Positions 37,634-48,040 of a stretch of DNA of 64,000 nucleotides are shown here, in pieces. A program made the position numbers and the translations under genes. The stretch is from NCBI GenBank assembly GCA_964532495.1, contig CAZHJZ010000003.1:67747-131746 (forward strand), in the 5' to 3' direction. Within the stretch, counting starts at the first letter, position 1; every line of letters starts with the position of its first letter. Below the pieces are notes generated by a model that worked only from the letters and a program-made list of their open reading frames with translations, ran no database searches and was not told where the DNA came from. Source of the stretch: an uncultured Candidatus Saccharibacteria bacterium. GTDB taxonomy: Bacteria > Patescibacteriota > Minisyncoccia > Phycocordibacterales > UBA9973.

Positions 37634-38965
37634 CTATTGAACTATTAATTTATGGCCGTTTACAAAATGTAAACCGGTTGAAAGTGTTTGCGTGTTAATT
37701 GTTGTTTTGGTTCCTATCGACGAAGCGATAAGTTCTGTCCTACCAAGTAAATCGGTAATAACTATATTCTCTCCCTGTGGAACGCCATCAATAGTGATGA
37801 AGTCTTTTGTCGGGTTAGGATACATTGTTATTCTTGTAGAAGACAGATTTTGAATACCTGAAACCAAACTTGTTGGAGTGAAAATCCCACCCATAGACCA
37901 ACCAACGTAATTGTTTGGAGCTACTTCTAGTAGGTTTGTCATTCCGATATCAAGTCCTCCAATGGGAGATTGTTCTACAGTATTTGTACTTTCGTTAAAT
38001 ACTAAGCTTTTACCCATTATTGAGGTGGTATTGTCAGCCAAAGTCAGGCCGTCAAACCCACTCATTGTAGTTATTGCCACTTTGTCGCCTAGTAGACCTA
38101 TGCAACGGATGCCGAAGCCTCCATTGTGTTCAAAGGCAATTAATGACCAATCAGCAGAGCCGATTTTACGGTAGATGCAATCACCCAATGAATTAGGGCC
38201 TGCTGCATATACTGTGTCACCGTGTCCAATTAAGGCATAACATGCATTCATTTCCAAACCATTTGAAAGGTTAGTGAATGTTTGCGCGTGTAGGTCATAC
38301 ATAGTTGCGCCTGCGCGGCCTGCTATGTAAACCTTGCCATCCGGGGAGCAATAAATGCGCCCTGGTGTGTTGTAGGTTCCGAAACCGTCGCCAACTTTTA
38401 GAACTTCACCGGTAATAGTATTTAATGTGCAAATACCATTTACTTCTACGCCGTTCACATATTTCATGTATCCAATCAGCAACAAAAGTGAGTTGTTTAT
38501 TGTATACATATTGGTAATGGTGGTATCAGCGGTAAGTGTTACAGTTGTGGAAGTTTCAGTCGCAAGATCGTATTTATACAATCGAACTTCGCCTGAATAT
38601 AAGCCTGCATAGTACATACTATTGCCCTGAAAGGCTAAGCTCGTAACAGCGTCGCCCGAACTTAGAGATGCTAAGCCAGGTAGTGCGGTTGGGTTGCTGC
38701 TATTGCCGTTTTCAAATTTGGCAATGCCGTTGAAGCTCTGAGTAAGGCCATTTGATATTGAGGTCCCAGTTATGGGGCCTGTAGCATAGTAGTCGTTACC
38801 GTGAACAGTCATGTTTACGGTTTTTACATCGCTCGAGTTATCGAACGGTAGTGATGTTCTAAATACAAACTCTGGTCCAGAATTGCCTGCTGCTTGTGCA
38901 GTAGAAATTCCTGTAATAGCCAAAAGGGCTATGAAAAGCGCGAGTGTACGGAAATTTGGTTTCAT
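37634..38965 (-). CDS. secreted protein with T9SS (Por) type-A C-terminal sorting domain
   Basis: Signal peptide MKPNFRTLALFIALLAITGISTAQA; C-terminus ITMYPNPTKDFITIDG...ITDLLGRTEL...TGLHFV...KLIVQ matches the Por_Secre_tail pattern. Confidence 0.6.
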   Translation of the reverse strand: MKPNFRTLALFIALLAITGISTAQAAGNSGPEFVFRTSLPFDNSSDVKTVNMTVHGNDYYATGPITGTSISNGLTQSFNGIAKFENGNSSNPTALPGLASLSSGDAVTSLAFQGNSMYYAGLYSGEVRLYKYDLATETSTTVTLTADTTITNMYTINNSLLLLIGYMKYVNGVEVNGICTLNTITGEVLKVGDGFGTYNTPGRIYCSPDGKVYIAGRAGATMYDLHAQTFTNLSNGLEMNACYALIGHGDTVYAAGPNSLGDCIYRKIGSADWSLIAFEHNGGFGIRCIGLLGDKVAITTMSGFDGLTLADNTTSIMGKSLVFNESTNTVEQSPIGGLDIGMTNLLEVAPNNYVGWSMGGIFTPTSLVSGIQNLSSTRITMYPNPTKDFITIDGVPQGENIVITDLLGRTELIASSIGTKTTINTQTLSTGLHFVNGHKLIVQ

Positions 38966-39219
38966 ATTTTCTATTATTTTTTTTGATTGTGAAAGGACGG
39001 AAATCGGCTAGTAGTTAGCCTAGGCATATAGTTTACCATAAACAATACCGCTTGTCAATATTAAATCATAAAATGCTTGATTTGTATAGGTTTACTTATC
39101 CACACGCAGGGGAAAACCTGCTTACTCTCAGCGCTTACTGTGGTACAATAATTCAAGTAATAATAATTTCTTTTCTTATGCGAGAAACACTTCACACTAT
39201 CTCACCGCTCACTAATCCG

Positions 39220-39525
39220 ATGGATCAAATGCGATCCAGACGGGGAATTGCAATCGGGCTTATCTTGGTCGGTCTTCTTATCGTCGCTGCCGCAGTTGGA
39301 TATTATTTTTATCGAAAGCATGTAGCTGAAACTATTTCAAATCGCGTGCTCACTACTGAAGAGAAAAACGCCATCATTAGCGAAATGAACAAGCTTGGCG
39401 GACCAACACTTACTCCTGCTCAAAAAGAATCCGTCATCGAAGCACAGAGCAAAGTAGTTGCTGATACCAAAACCCTCAGTGCTGAAGAAAAATCTGACAT
39501 TATCAAGCAAATGAATTCACGCTAA
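39220..39525 (+). CDS. membrane-anchored small protein, hypothetical
   Basis: MDQMRSRRGIAIGLILVGLLIVAAAVGYYFY anchor; stop 1 nt before the next gene; start trimmed from ORF 39052. Confidence 0.35.
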   Translation: MDQMRSRRGIAIGLILVGLLIVAAAVGYYFYRKHVAETISNRVLTTEEKNAIISEMNKLGGPTLTPAQKESVIEAQSKVVADTKTLSAEEKSDIIKQMNSR

Positions 39526-39526
39526 T

Positions 39527-41584
39527 ATGAAAAACATTTTTTCGTTTAGAAATATCTTTCTCGCCTTTGCGTTCGTATTGGCAATTTCATTCTCACAGTT
39601 CTTTTCTGTACAAGCCCAACTTGTTGGCGGCCAGCAGATCGGACAGATCGGGGTTCAGTGCAATCCAACAGCATACAATGTTCATGGACAGATTTTTCAT
39701 TCTACTATCGGATGGATTTATCTTAACTGCGCTGACTATACGAATGGCATTACTCGAAATTTTGGAGTACAGCAATTTACAGATGGAACTTGGAGCGGAT
39801 ACGGATGGTCATCATCAATGGGATGGATTAAGTTCGGCGGCGTAGGCTGTCCTCCAGGCGCATCAGCGGCAACCGGAGCAACAAACTGCGAGGTGCAGCA
39901 TTTGAACCTAGCAGGAGCTTCATATCCTCTCGTGGGATGGGCTCGCGCATGTACGATGGCCCCAGGTTCTTCTGGCTGCGGAAGCAACCCAACCAATAGC
40001 CAGCCTACTACGACTTCCAATGATGGCTGGATCTCCATGAGTGGATTGAATGACCAAAACTGGAGTGCAGGAGGCGTTCAGACAACTAATAAATATGTTT
40101 CTAATCTTGGTTTAGCTCCTAACGGACGACAGCCAGTCAACGGTTATGTATGGGGAGGCGATGTCATGGGTTGGGGAAAATTTATGGGAGCATATGTTGA
40201 TGTTAATAACAGTTCTATCGGAGTAAACATCACACTCACTTCTAGCCTCGCTTCAGTAACCACTCAAAATGTAGTTCTTACGTACAAGATGGATGATCCT
40301 ACACAAAAGGCATACTTCACTGGTCAGCCATGTACCGCAACAACAACTACGACTCCAGTTTCTGGCAGCCCATGGGATGGTAGTAAAGCAAACTTCTCCG
40401 CAAGCTCAACAACATTTAGCAAAGATGTACAAAACGTTGTAGTTCCTGCACCAATCGGTTCATCGACGACTTACAAGATCAGCTGTCCGGTAAGCGGCAT
40501 TCCTAACTCAACGCAGAGTGAAGCAGTTGCGACTGTTACTGTCGAGAAGACAGGACTCAGTGGTACTCTCACTATCCCAACACATGATATGTGTATTGCG
40601 GGATCACAAGGAAATCCTCAGAACACTACTGCTACATGGATTGGCCCTGCAGGAGCAGTAACTGCAAAATTGTTCCAGGACGGAGTTGTTACTAATATTC
40701 AAAGCCAGCAAGTTATGGTAGGTTCGATGGTACTCGGTCCATTTACTACGGCAACATCATCACCAAACTATGTTACTCCGACTGCGCCAGGCAGCCACCA
40801 TGAATATTGGATGGAGTGGTATGACGCATCAGGCACATTGCTTGCTACAAGCAACAACGGCCAGCATGAATTCCTTGGTGTAGCACCTGCAACATTCCAT
40901 GGAGCTACTGCGAATGGAACCCTCGATTGTACTCAGGCAGAATGGGGTATCAGTCTCGGCGGCGGAGGCATTATCTGTCCCGCAGATCCTGGAACTCTTG
41001 CTTGGGAACCATGGGGAACTATTCCAGCTCAATATACAAAAGCAAAGTTGTTGCTCAGTACTAATGGTGTAAATGGCGCATACTCTACAACGGTAGGAAG
41101 TCATGATCGTTTGAGAGATAGTGAACCTAACGTCTTCCTTGCTGGCTGGTATAAAGTTGCTTACTACGACATTAACGGAAATGAAGCACCAATCTCAAGT
41201 CCTCCAATCAATGTCACTCTCAGTCCTAATGATCCAAGCGGAGGATGTTCGCATCACTTCAATGGAATCACGAGCGCTGGCCCATTCTGTCCTGCAGGAT
41301 CAGTAAACACCGCTGCTCTCTTGCCAAAGACATACGCATGGACTTCTGACGCTGCAAGCTGCGCCCTCAATACTATGGGCGGCGTAACATTGCCAGCAAA
41401 CGGTTCCACTACGATTTCAAGCCTCAATGTCGGATCAACATCTACGAGAGTGCTTACCTGTACTTGGACTGACGGATTTACTGCAACAAGCAGAGCCGTG
41501 TTTGGCCCAATGAAAACTGCGGATTCTGACTTCTGTAAGTCGATCCACAAGCCGGGAGGTTATCCAAGCGTTATTGAGAACTAA
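39527..41584 (+). CDS. large secreted hypothetical protein (685 aa)
   Basis: Signal peptide MKNIFSFRNIFLAFAFVLAISFSQFFSVQAQ; Gly/Thr/Ser/Asn-rich, Cys pairs. Confidence 0.45.
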   Translation: MKNIFSFRNIFLAFAFVLAISFSQFFSVQAQLVGGQQIGQIGVQCNPTAYNVHGQIFHSTIGWIYLNCADYTNGITRNFGVQQFTDGTWSGYGWSSSMGWIKFGGVGCPPGASAATGATNCEVQHLNLAGASYPLVGWARACTMAPGSSGCGSNPTNSQPTTTSNDGWISMSGLNDQNWSAGGVQTTNKYVSNLGLAPNGRQPVNGYVWGGDVMGWGKFMGAYVDVNNSSIGVNITLTSSLASVTTQNVVLTYKMDDPTQKAYFTGQPCTATTTTTPVSGSPWDGSKANFSASSTTFSKDVQNVVVPAPIGSSTTYKISCPVSGIPNSTQSEAVATVTVEKTGLSGTLTIPTHDMCIAGSQGNPQNTTATWIGPAGAVTAKLFQDGVVTNIQSQQVMVGSMVLGPFTTATSSPNYVTPTAPGSHHEYWMEWYDASGTLLATSNNGQHEFLGVAPATFHGATANGTLDCTQAEWGISLGGGGIICPADPGTLAWEPWGTIPAQYTKAKLLLSTNGVNGAYSTTVGSHDRLRDSEPNVFLAGWYKVAYYDINGNEAPISSPPINVTLSPNDPSGGCSHHFNGITSAGPFCPAGSVNTAALLPKTYAWTSDAASCALNTMGGVTLPANGSTTISSLNVGSTSTRVLTCTWTDGFTATSRAVFGPMKTADSDFCKSIHKPGGYPSVIEN

Positions 41585-41599
41585 GGATAGATACAATAC

Positions 41600-41630
41600 A
41601 AAGGGCGGCCGCGAAGCGGCCGCCCTTTGT
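41600..41630 (+). terminator. rho-independent terminator directly upstream of tpiA
   Basis: aagggcggccgc-gaa-gcggccgccctttgtg. Confidence 0.8.
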
Positions 41631-41644
41631 GCTACAATATCTTC

Positions 41645-42418
41645 ATGCAACAAAAAGTTTTGATCATCGGTAACTGGAAAATGAACCCTGCTACTGAAAA
41701 AGATGCCATCATCCTCGCCAAAGCGTACAAGGTTATGGAAATTCCTAAAGACGTGCAGCTGGGCTGTGCTGTTCCGGTACCTTTTATGCCGGCAGTAAAG
41801 AAAACAATTGGCAGAGGGAAGATCATTCTTGGCGTACAAACTATCAATGCTGACAAAACCGGCGCTCACACAGGAGAAGTATCTTTCCCAATGATTGCTC
41901 ACTTAAAACCTGAATTTACGCTTGTCGGACATTCTGAACGACGAGCAATGGGCGAAACAGACGCTGTTGTAAACTCTCAAATACTTACCGCGCTGAAAAA
42001 TAAAGTTACCCCTATTCTTTGTATTGGAGAAAAAGATCGCGATGAGCATGGATTTTTTCTCAGAACGATCGAAGAGCAGCTCAAACAATGTTTAGCGAAT
42101 ATTCCCAAAGCCTCTCTATCCCGAATCATTGTTGCATATGAACCGCTGTGGGCAATAGGTTCGCATGCAACCCGCGAAGCAACTCCCGAAGAATGCAGAG
42201 AGATGGTCATCTACATCAGAAAAGTAATTTCTGATATAGCGGGTGGCGTGCAAAAAGAAATGCCGTCAATATTGTATGGAGGATCAGTAAATGAATTGAA
42301 CGGACATTTGTTTATAAGCGCAGGCGCTGACGGATTGCTTCCAGGCAGGCTCTCGCTTGAACCGAAGAAGATGCAGAAATTAATTAACAGTTTGCAGCCA
42401 GTAGCATTAAAAAAATAG
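41645..42418 (+). CDS. tpiA: triose-phosphate isomerase
   Basis: GNWKMN, GHSERR, AYEPLWAIG, YGGSV motifs; start at MQQKV; TACAAT -10 box ~7 nt upstream suggests a near-leaderless mRNA. Confidence 0.85.
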   Translation: MQQKVLIIGNWKMNPATEKDAIILAKAYKVMEIPKDVQLGCAVPVPFMPAVKKTIGRGKIILGVQTINADKTGAHTGEVSFPMIAHLKPEFTLVGHSERRAMGETDAVVNSQILTALKNKVTPILCIGEKDRDEHGFFLRTIEEQLKQCLANIPKASLSRIIVAYEPLWAIGSHATREATPEECREMVIYIRKVISDIAGGVQKEMPSILYGGSVNELNGHLFISAGADGLLPGRLSLEPKKMQKLINSLQPVALKK

Positions 42419-42419
42419 T

Positions 42420-43529
42420 ATGACATCAATCACCAAAGCAAAAATCAAAAAAGGAACTCGAGTGCTTGTGCGTGCGGATTTCAATGTGCCGATTCAAAAT
42501 GGCAAAGTAGTTGATCCATTCCGCATTATTAAGACACTGCCTACGCTTTCGTATCTCCTCAAAAAAGGCGCGAAGGTAATCATCATTACTCATGCAGGTG
42601 AAGGTGACCAGACGCTTGAACCAGTTGCTGCTGTTTTGAAAAAGTATATTCCTGTCACATTTATTCCAGCGCTTTCGGGAGCGAGTGTGGACCATGCATT
42701 AGTAAACCAGAAAAATGGAACAGCTATCCTGCTCGAAAATCTCCGAAGCGAAGCTGGCGAGAAAAAGAACGATCCTAAGTTTGCGAAACAGCTTGCATCA
42801 TACGGAGATATTTTTGTGAACGATGCATTCCCGGTTTCGCATCGATCGCATGCTTCTCTTGTTGGTATTCCTAAATTCCTCCCAAGCTTTGCAGGATTCC
42901 AGCTCGAGCAAGAGATCAAGCATCTTGCTATTGCTCATACGCCGAAGCATCCATTTCTCTTCATCCTCGGCGGAAATAAGTTCTCTACCAAGATGCCACT
43001 ACTCAAGCGATTTGCAAAAACTGCTGATCATATCTTTGTGGGCGGAGCATTGCTCAATGATCTTCTCCGAGCGAAAGGATATGAGATCGGCATATCTGCA
43101 TTCGAAGACGGGTACAATGTAGACGCTATTTTGAAAAACAAAAAACTTATTCTTCCAATCGATCTCGTTGTTGCCAAAGGTTCAAAGTCTCGAATCTGTT
43201 CTCCCTACGAAGTTGCTCGCGATGAATCCATTATGGATGTCGGACCGGAGACGACCAAGTATATTGTTTCGGTGGCGAAAATTTCTAAATTTATTTTGTG
43301 GAACGGACCAATTGGATTTTATGAAAAGGGGTTTGATGAAGGTTCAAAAGCACTTCTTAAAGGCTTTGCTGCTTCAAAAGCAGATACGATCATCGGCGGA
43401 GGGGATACTGTTGAACTGGTGAACAAGCTCAAAATGGAAAAGAAATTCAAATTCGTTTCTACTGGAGGAGGCGCGACGTTGGACTTCTTGGTAGACGGAA
43501 GTTTGCCTGGTGTAAAAGCGCTGAAGTAA
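42420..43529 (+). CDS. pgk: phosphoglycerate kinase
   Basis: RADFNVP N-terminal motif, IIGGGDT C-terminal motif. Confidence 0.9.
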   Translation: MTSITKAKIKKGTRVLVRADFNVPIQNGKVVDPFRIIKTLPTLSYLLKKGAKVIIITHAGEGDQTLEPVAAVLKKYIPVTFIPALSGASVDHALVNQKNGTAILLENLRSEAGEKKNDPKFAKQLASYGDIFVNDAFPVSHRSHASLVGIPKFLPSFAGFQLEQEIKHLAIAHTPKHPFLFILGGNKFSTKMPLLKRFAKTADHIFVGGALLNDLLRAKGYEIGISAFEDGYNVDAILKNKKLILPIDLVVAKGSKSRICSPYEVARDESIMDVGPETTKYIVSVAKISKFILWNGPIGFYEKGFDEGSKALLKGFAASKADTIIGGGDTVELVNKLKMEKKFKFVSTGGGATLDFLVDGSLPGVKALK

Positions 43530-43633
43530 AAAGCCGGAACATCGTTCTCGGAGAAGCCTTCGCAGCACTTTATGATCGACTCGGCCCTAACCACAAAGGC
43601 CTCGCGCTCAAAAGTACTGCTCAGTCATCCTGA

Positions 43634-43684
43634 ACATCTTCTCTCTATATGTATTAACAATCGCCACTCTTTACCGTAAGAGTG
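43634..43684. repeat. copy 2 of the dispersed intergenic repeat (see 35933..35977)
   Basis: Same 17-mer and 15-mer cores; here embedded in the pgk/HIT bidirectional terminator hairpin. Confidence 0.75.
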
Positions 43685-43692
43685 GCGATTTA
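43658..43692. terminator. bidirectional terminator between pgk and the HIT gene
   Basis: atcgccactctt-taccg-taagagtggcgat 12-bp stem. Confidence 0.7.
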
Positions 43693-43744
43693 AAATATAT
43701 ATAGTACGGAGCGTTTGCCGAGAACTTATATTCCAGATATGTAA

Positions 43745-44122
43745 TTACACAAATAGCAGCGCGTCTCGGATCTTTTCGGCGATCAATTCGAATTCTTTTT
43801 CTTCTCCAGTTAGGGCAATGTCAGGCCAAACCCAGATATGGGCATGGAATATCTGCTCGCCATAGATCTGTGAGCGGATGATGTCGTGTCGAAAGACTTT
43901 TTGGAGGGCTTTGGCTATTTTACGGGCTGCTTCAAAGTATTCGCCAGCATTTGGGACATCCCAAACGAACCGATGGTGGTTCTTTGGTATTACCTGCACA
44001 TGGCCGGCTGCCAAAGGATGAATGTCTAAAAAGGCGATAAAATCGTTATCTTCATAGACTATATAGGCAGGAACCTCTCGGGCTACTATTTTGCAAAAGA
44101 TGCAATTTTCGTCGGTGATCAT
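43745..44122 (-). CDS. HIT-family (HINT-like) nucleotide hydrolase
   Basis: CIFCKI N-terminus, GHVQVIPK, histidine triad HAHIWVWP. Confidence 0.8.
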   Translation of the reverse strand: MITDENCIFCKIVAREVPAYIVYEDNDFIAFLDIHPLAAGHVQVIPKNHHRFVWDVPNAGEYFEAARKIAKALQKVFRHDIIRSQIYGEQIFHAHIWVWPDIALTGEEKEFELIAEKIRDALLFV

Positions 44123-44142
44123 ATATATCAGTATATGGTAGA

Positions 44143-45804
44143 ATGCTCTCTATGCAAAGCACTGATTTTCTCGACCGGCTTCTCGAAATTCGCGGCATCT
44201 CCAATGATGACCGCGAAGTCTTTCTTTCTCCGTTGTATGAAAAGCACCTTCATGACCCTTTCTTGATGAGCGATATGGAAAAGGCCGTCACGCGGATCTT
44301 GAAAGCGATGGAAAACAATGAGCCCATAGTTGTTTACTCCGACTACGATGCTGATGGAATCCCTGGCGGCGTCATTCTCCATGACTTTTTTCAAAAGGCT
44401 GGGTACAAGAATTTTAAAAACTATATCCCGCACCGACATGACGAAGGCTACGGACTTCACATGGACGCGGTGAAGCAATTTGTCGAAGACGGCGTAAAGC
44501 TCATCATCACTGTTGATTTGGGTATCACAGCTGTCGCTGAAACCGCATACGCTCAAGAAAATGGCATCGATGTGATCATCACCGACCATCATTTACCGCA
44601 GGCTATCATTCCTGACGCATTCGCAGTTCTCAATCCTAAAAAGCCTGGCGACAAATATCCATTCAAAGAATTGTGCGGAGCTGGAGTTGCGTTCAAGCTG
44701 GTGCAGGCATTGATTACGAAAATTCCTGAACTCGCGAACACTGGTTTTGAAAAATGGCTGCTTGATATGGCCGGCCTTGCAACGCTCTCTGACATGGTTC
44801 CGCTCACAGGAGAAAATCGCGTGCTGGCGTACTATGGATTGAAAGTTCTGCAGAAGACAAAACGCCCCGGCTTGCAGCATCTCTTGAAAAAAATGAAGAT
44901 CGATCCTACATATATTACTGAAGACGATATTACGTTTATGCTTACTCCGCGATTGAATGCTGCTTCACGAATGGATTCTCCGCAGCGCGCGTTTGAAGTG
45001 CTTGCCGAGACTGATCCTGCAACAGCTTCTGCAACAGCAGAGCATTTGATAAAAATAAACGACCTCCGTAAATCCACCGTTGCAACGATCATGAAAGATG
45101 TTCATAAGAAATTGGAAAAACGCGAACTGCATGATGTTATTGTCATCGGACATCCTGAATGGCGAGTGGGAGTGCTTGGGCTTGTTGCTTCGAAAATCAC
45201 CGAGACATATGGCAAGCCGAGTTTTGTCTGGGGAAGCGAGGGTGCGGAAGACAAGAATTTTATCAAAGGCTCATGCCGGTCTGAAGGTTCTGCAAACGTT
45301 GTCGATCTCATGGTAGAGGCGACTGATGCGCTCCATTCATTTGGCGGTCATGAACTTGCGGGAGGATTCGTGGTTACGCATGAAAAAGTTCATTTTCTTG
45401 AAGAGGCATTGAACAAAGCATTTTTGAAAGTTAAGCGCGAAAAAGAAGCTGTTGAAATAAAGAAGCATGATCTCGCTATTACTCTTGCGGAAGTTACCAG
45501 CAAAAACTATCAGCAAGTCGCACTCCTTTCTCCATTCGGCATGGCCAACGAAAAGCCGGTGTTTCTTTTCTCGGGGATTCTTATCTCGGGTATGAAGCAG
45601 TTTGGCAAAGAAAAAGAACATTTGGAGCTTATCTTGAGCCAAGAAGGAAAAATAATGAAAGCCATTTCATTCTTCAAGCAGCCAGGAGATTTTGGCATCC
45701 TTGTAGATGCTGGGCAGCACGTAAACCTATACGCCACGATGGAAATGTCGTATTTCATGGGACGACCGGAGCTTCGATTACGAATTGTTGATATACTCTC
45801 ATAA
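44143..45804 (+). CDS. recJ: single-stranded-DNA-specific exonuclease RecJ (DHH/DHHA1)
   Basis: DHH motifs (YSDYDADGI, ITDHH), DHHA1 domain. Confidence 0.8.
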   Translation: MLSMQSTDFLDRLLEIRGISNDDREVFLSPLYEKHLHDPFLMSDMEKAVTRILKAMENNEPIVVYSDYDADGIPGGVILHDFFQKAGYKNFKNYIPHRHDEGYGLHMDAVKQFVEDGVKLIITVDLGITAVAETAYAQENGIDVIITDHHLPQAIIPDAFAVLNPKKPGDKYPFKELCGAGVAFKLVQALITKIPELANTGFEKWLLDMAGLATLSDMVPLTGENRVLAYYGLKVLQKTKRPGLQHLLKKMKIDPTYITEDDITFMLTPRLNAASRMDSPQRAFEVLAETDPATASATAEHLIKINDLRKSTVATIMKDVHKKLEKRELHDVIVIGHPEWRVGVLGLVASKITETYGKPSFVWGSEGAEDKNFIKGSCRSEGSANVVDLMVEATDALHSFGGHELAGGFVVTHEKVHFLEEALNKAFLKVKREKEAVEIKKHDLAITLAEVTSKNYQQVALLSPFGMANEKPVFLFSGILISGMKQFGKEKEHLELILSQEGKIMKAISFFKQPGDFGILVDAGQHVNLYATMEMSYFMGRPELRLRIVDILS

Positions 45805-45805
45805 T

Positions 45806-46546
45806 ATGAAACCAATTGTTACTGTTTTTACTGACGGCTCATCGCGCGGCAATCCTGGTCCTGGCGGCTGGGGAGCTATCGTTATCGCCAATGCCGATAC
45901 CAGCGCACAGTCGAAGGTAATCGAGCTTGGAGGACGTGATGATCATACAACCAACAACCGAATGGAAATGACAGCCGCACTGGAAGCTCTGAAAACAATT
46001 CGCACGCGGGAGCTAGAGGGAGATGTAGAGATTCACACTGACTCTGCCTATCTCATCAATGGAGTAACCAAATGGATTTTTGGATGGGAAAAAAATAATT
46101 GGCTAACGAAAGAAGGCCAGGCAGTGCTCAATAAAGATTTATGGCAGGGACTTGCAGAAATTGTCCGCGTTTTCAAAATGAAGCGTGAGATACACTGGAA
46201 AAAAGTAGCAGGCCATAGCGGTCTTCGCGGCAATGAGCGAGTAGATGAGATTGCTACGATGTATGCAGACAAAGAATTTGTCCTGCTCTTTACGGGCTCG
46301 CTCGTACAATATGAAACCATGCTTGGTTCTGATATTTTCACCGTAGGGAAAACGGCGGTCAAAAAGAAAAGCGGAAGTTCAGCTAAGGCGTACTCGTATG
46401 TTTCGTTTGTAGACGGAAAAATATACGTTGATGCTACGTGGGCGGCATGCGAGAAGCGCGTAAAAGGAAAAAAAGGAGTGCGATTCAAGAAGTCACTCGA
46501 CGCGGCAGATGAGGCGGCTCTGATCAAGGAATTTACTCAGAAATAA
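45806..46546 (+). CDS. rnhA: ribonuclease HI with C-terminal extension
   Basis: TDGSSRGNPGPGGWG, TNNRMEMTAAL, HTDSAYL, WKKVAGHSG...NERVDEIA. Confidence 0.8.
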   Translation: MKPIVTVFTDGSSRGNPGPGGWGAIVIANADTSAQSKVIELGGRDDHTTNNRMEMTAALEALKTIRTRELEGDVEIHTDSAYLINGVTKWIFGWEKNNWLTKEGQAVLNKDLWQGLAEIVRVFKMKREIHWKKVAGHSGLRGNERVDEIATMYADKEFVLLFTGSLVQYETMLGSDIFTVGKTAVKKKSGSSAKAYSYVSFVDGKIYVDATWAACEKRVKGKKGVRFKKSLDAADEAALIKEFTQK

Positions 46547-46584
46547 TTCATAGTATCTTTAACTGAGTGCAGTAGGATCTGGAA

Positions 46585-48036
46585 GTGCCAGACCTGCTGC
46601 TTTTTGTTATAACATTTGGATTTTTGTCGGGGGTAATGAGCGGCCATGACTTTTTCTTTGGAGCTGCTGCTGGGTTAATAGCACTCTGCGGCACTATGTA
46701 TTTTGGCCGCCAAAGGCAAGAAGGATTTCATTATCGAAAATACGTATTGATCATTCTCATATTTATCAGCATGTTCATTGGGGGATATGCGAGGTATCAA
46801 AACGCGCAGGCCATTCCGCCTGATCATTTTCAATCTCGCCTAGATCAACATATTGAAGTTACTGGCACGATTACTAACGATCCTTCTTCGAGCGAAGGCA
46901 AAGTAACAGCAATTATCTATGTCGATGGGGTCGGTATTCGTTTGACGATCAAGACTGGCACAAAGCTTCGATATTCGGATACGGTCACTGTATCCGGAAC
47001 ACTGTCACTCCCAGAAAATTTCATGACTGATCAAGGAACAGAGTTTGATTATGTTTCTTATTTAAAAAAAGACAAGATACTATATCTTATTTCTGATGCG
47101 AAGCTGGTAACATTTACACAGGATACATCATTCTCACTCAAGCGCAGTTTGTATATGTTCCGTCATGCCGTCGAGGCAAGATTATTTGCAAGCATGCCAG
47201 AACAGGAAGCGGGATTGACTGCGGGAATTCTGTTGGGAACAAAAGCCGCTATAGATGAGCATTTATATAATGCACTGGTCGCAACAAGCACAGTACATAT
47301 TGTGGCTCTTTCCGGATACAATGTTTCGATTGTCGCCGATACTATCGCAAAAATTTTGGGATTATTTTTGCCGCGTATCGCAGGCTTATTTCTTGGCGGA
47401 CTTGGCATCATACTTTTTGTTTTGATGACCGGAGCTTCTTCGACGGCACTTCGCGCGGGAGTCATGGCACTTATCTTAATATTTTCTCGCATCACTGGCA
47501 GATCAACGCATGTCTTTAGAGTAATGGCGCTAGCCGCACTTGCAATGATCATCGCCAACCCAATGTTCCTTGTTTCAGATGTTTCATTCCAGCTTTCATT
47601 CCTCGCCACTATCGGCTTGTTGATCGTTTCACCGACGTATGTTTCATGGCTTGAGAAATATCTGCCTAAGGGCCTGGCAGAAGCAGTTGGTACCACTCTG
47701 GCGGCGGAGACAGCGGTTGCGCCGTTCATCATGTACAAAATGGGAGTCTTTTCTACTATCGCCTTGCCGGTAAACGTTATGATACTTCCATTTATACCGC
47801 TTTTAATGCTCGGTGGCTTCATTGTAATTTGTATTAGTTTCACGATGCCGTTACTTGGAACAATTATTGGATATCCAACATATGTACTTGCAGGGGGACT
47901 GATAGGCTTTATTGGGTTTGCCGCACGGGTACCGTTTGCTTCAGTCCATGTGCCGGAGATCCCTGCGGGAATTATGCTGCTTCTTTACGCATGGCTTACC
48001 TGGTACTTTATTGATAGGACTTTGACACAATCGTAG
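46585..48036 (+). CDS. comEC: ComEC/Rec2 DNA-uptake channel, DUF4131 + Competence domains only (no MBL domain)
   Basis: Polytopic membrane protein with the competence-domain core GASSTALRAGVMALILIFSRITGR; ends without the metallo-beta-lactamase module. Confidence 0.7.
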   Translation: MPDLLLFVITFGFLSGVMSGHDFFFGAAAGLIALCGTMYFGRQRQEGFHYRKYVLIILIFISMFIGGYARYQNAQAIPPDHFQSRLDQHIEVTGTITNDPSSSEGKVTAIIYVDGVGIRLTIKTGTKLRYSDTVTVSGTLSLPENFMTDQGTEFDYVSYLKKDKILYLISDAKLVTFTQDTSFSLKRSLYMFRHAVEARLFASMPEQEAGLTAGILLGTKAAIDEHLYNALVATSTVHIVALSGYNVSIVADTIAKILGLFLPRIAGLFLGGLGIILFVLMTGASSTALRAGVMALILIFSRITGRSTHVFRVMALAALAMIIANPMFLVSDVSFQLSFLATIGLLIVSPTYVSWLEKYLPKGLAEAVGTTLAAETAVAPFIMYKMGVFSTIALPVNVMILPFIPLLMLGGFIVICISFTMPLLGTIIGYPTYVLAGGLIGFIGFAARVPFASVHVPEIPAGIMLLLYAWLTWYFIDRTLTQS

Positions 48037-48040
48037 AAAT

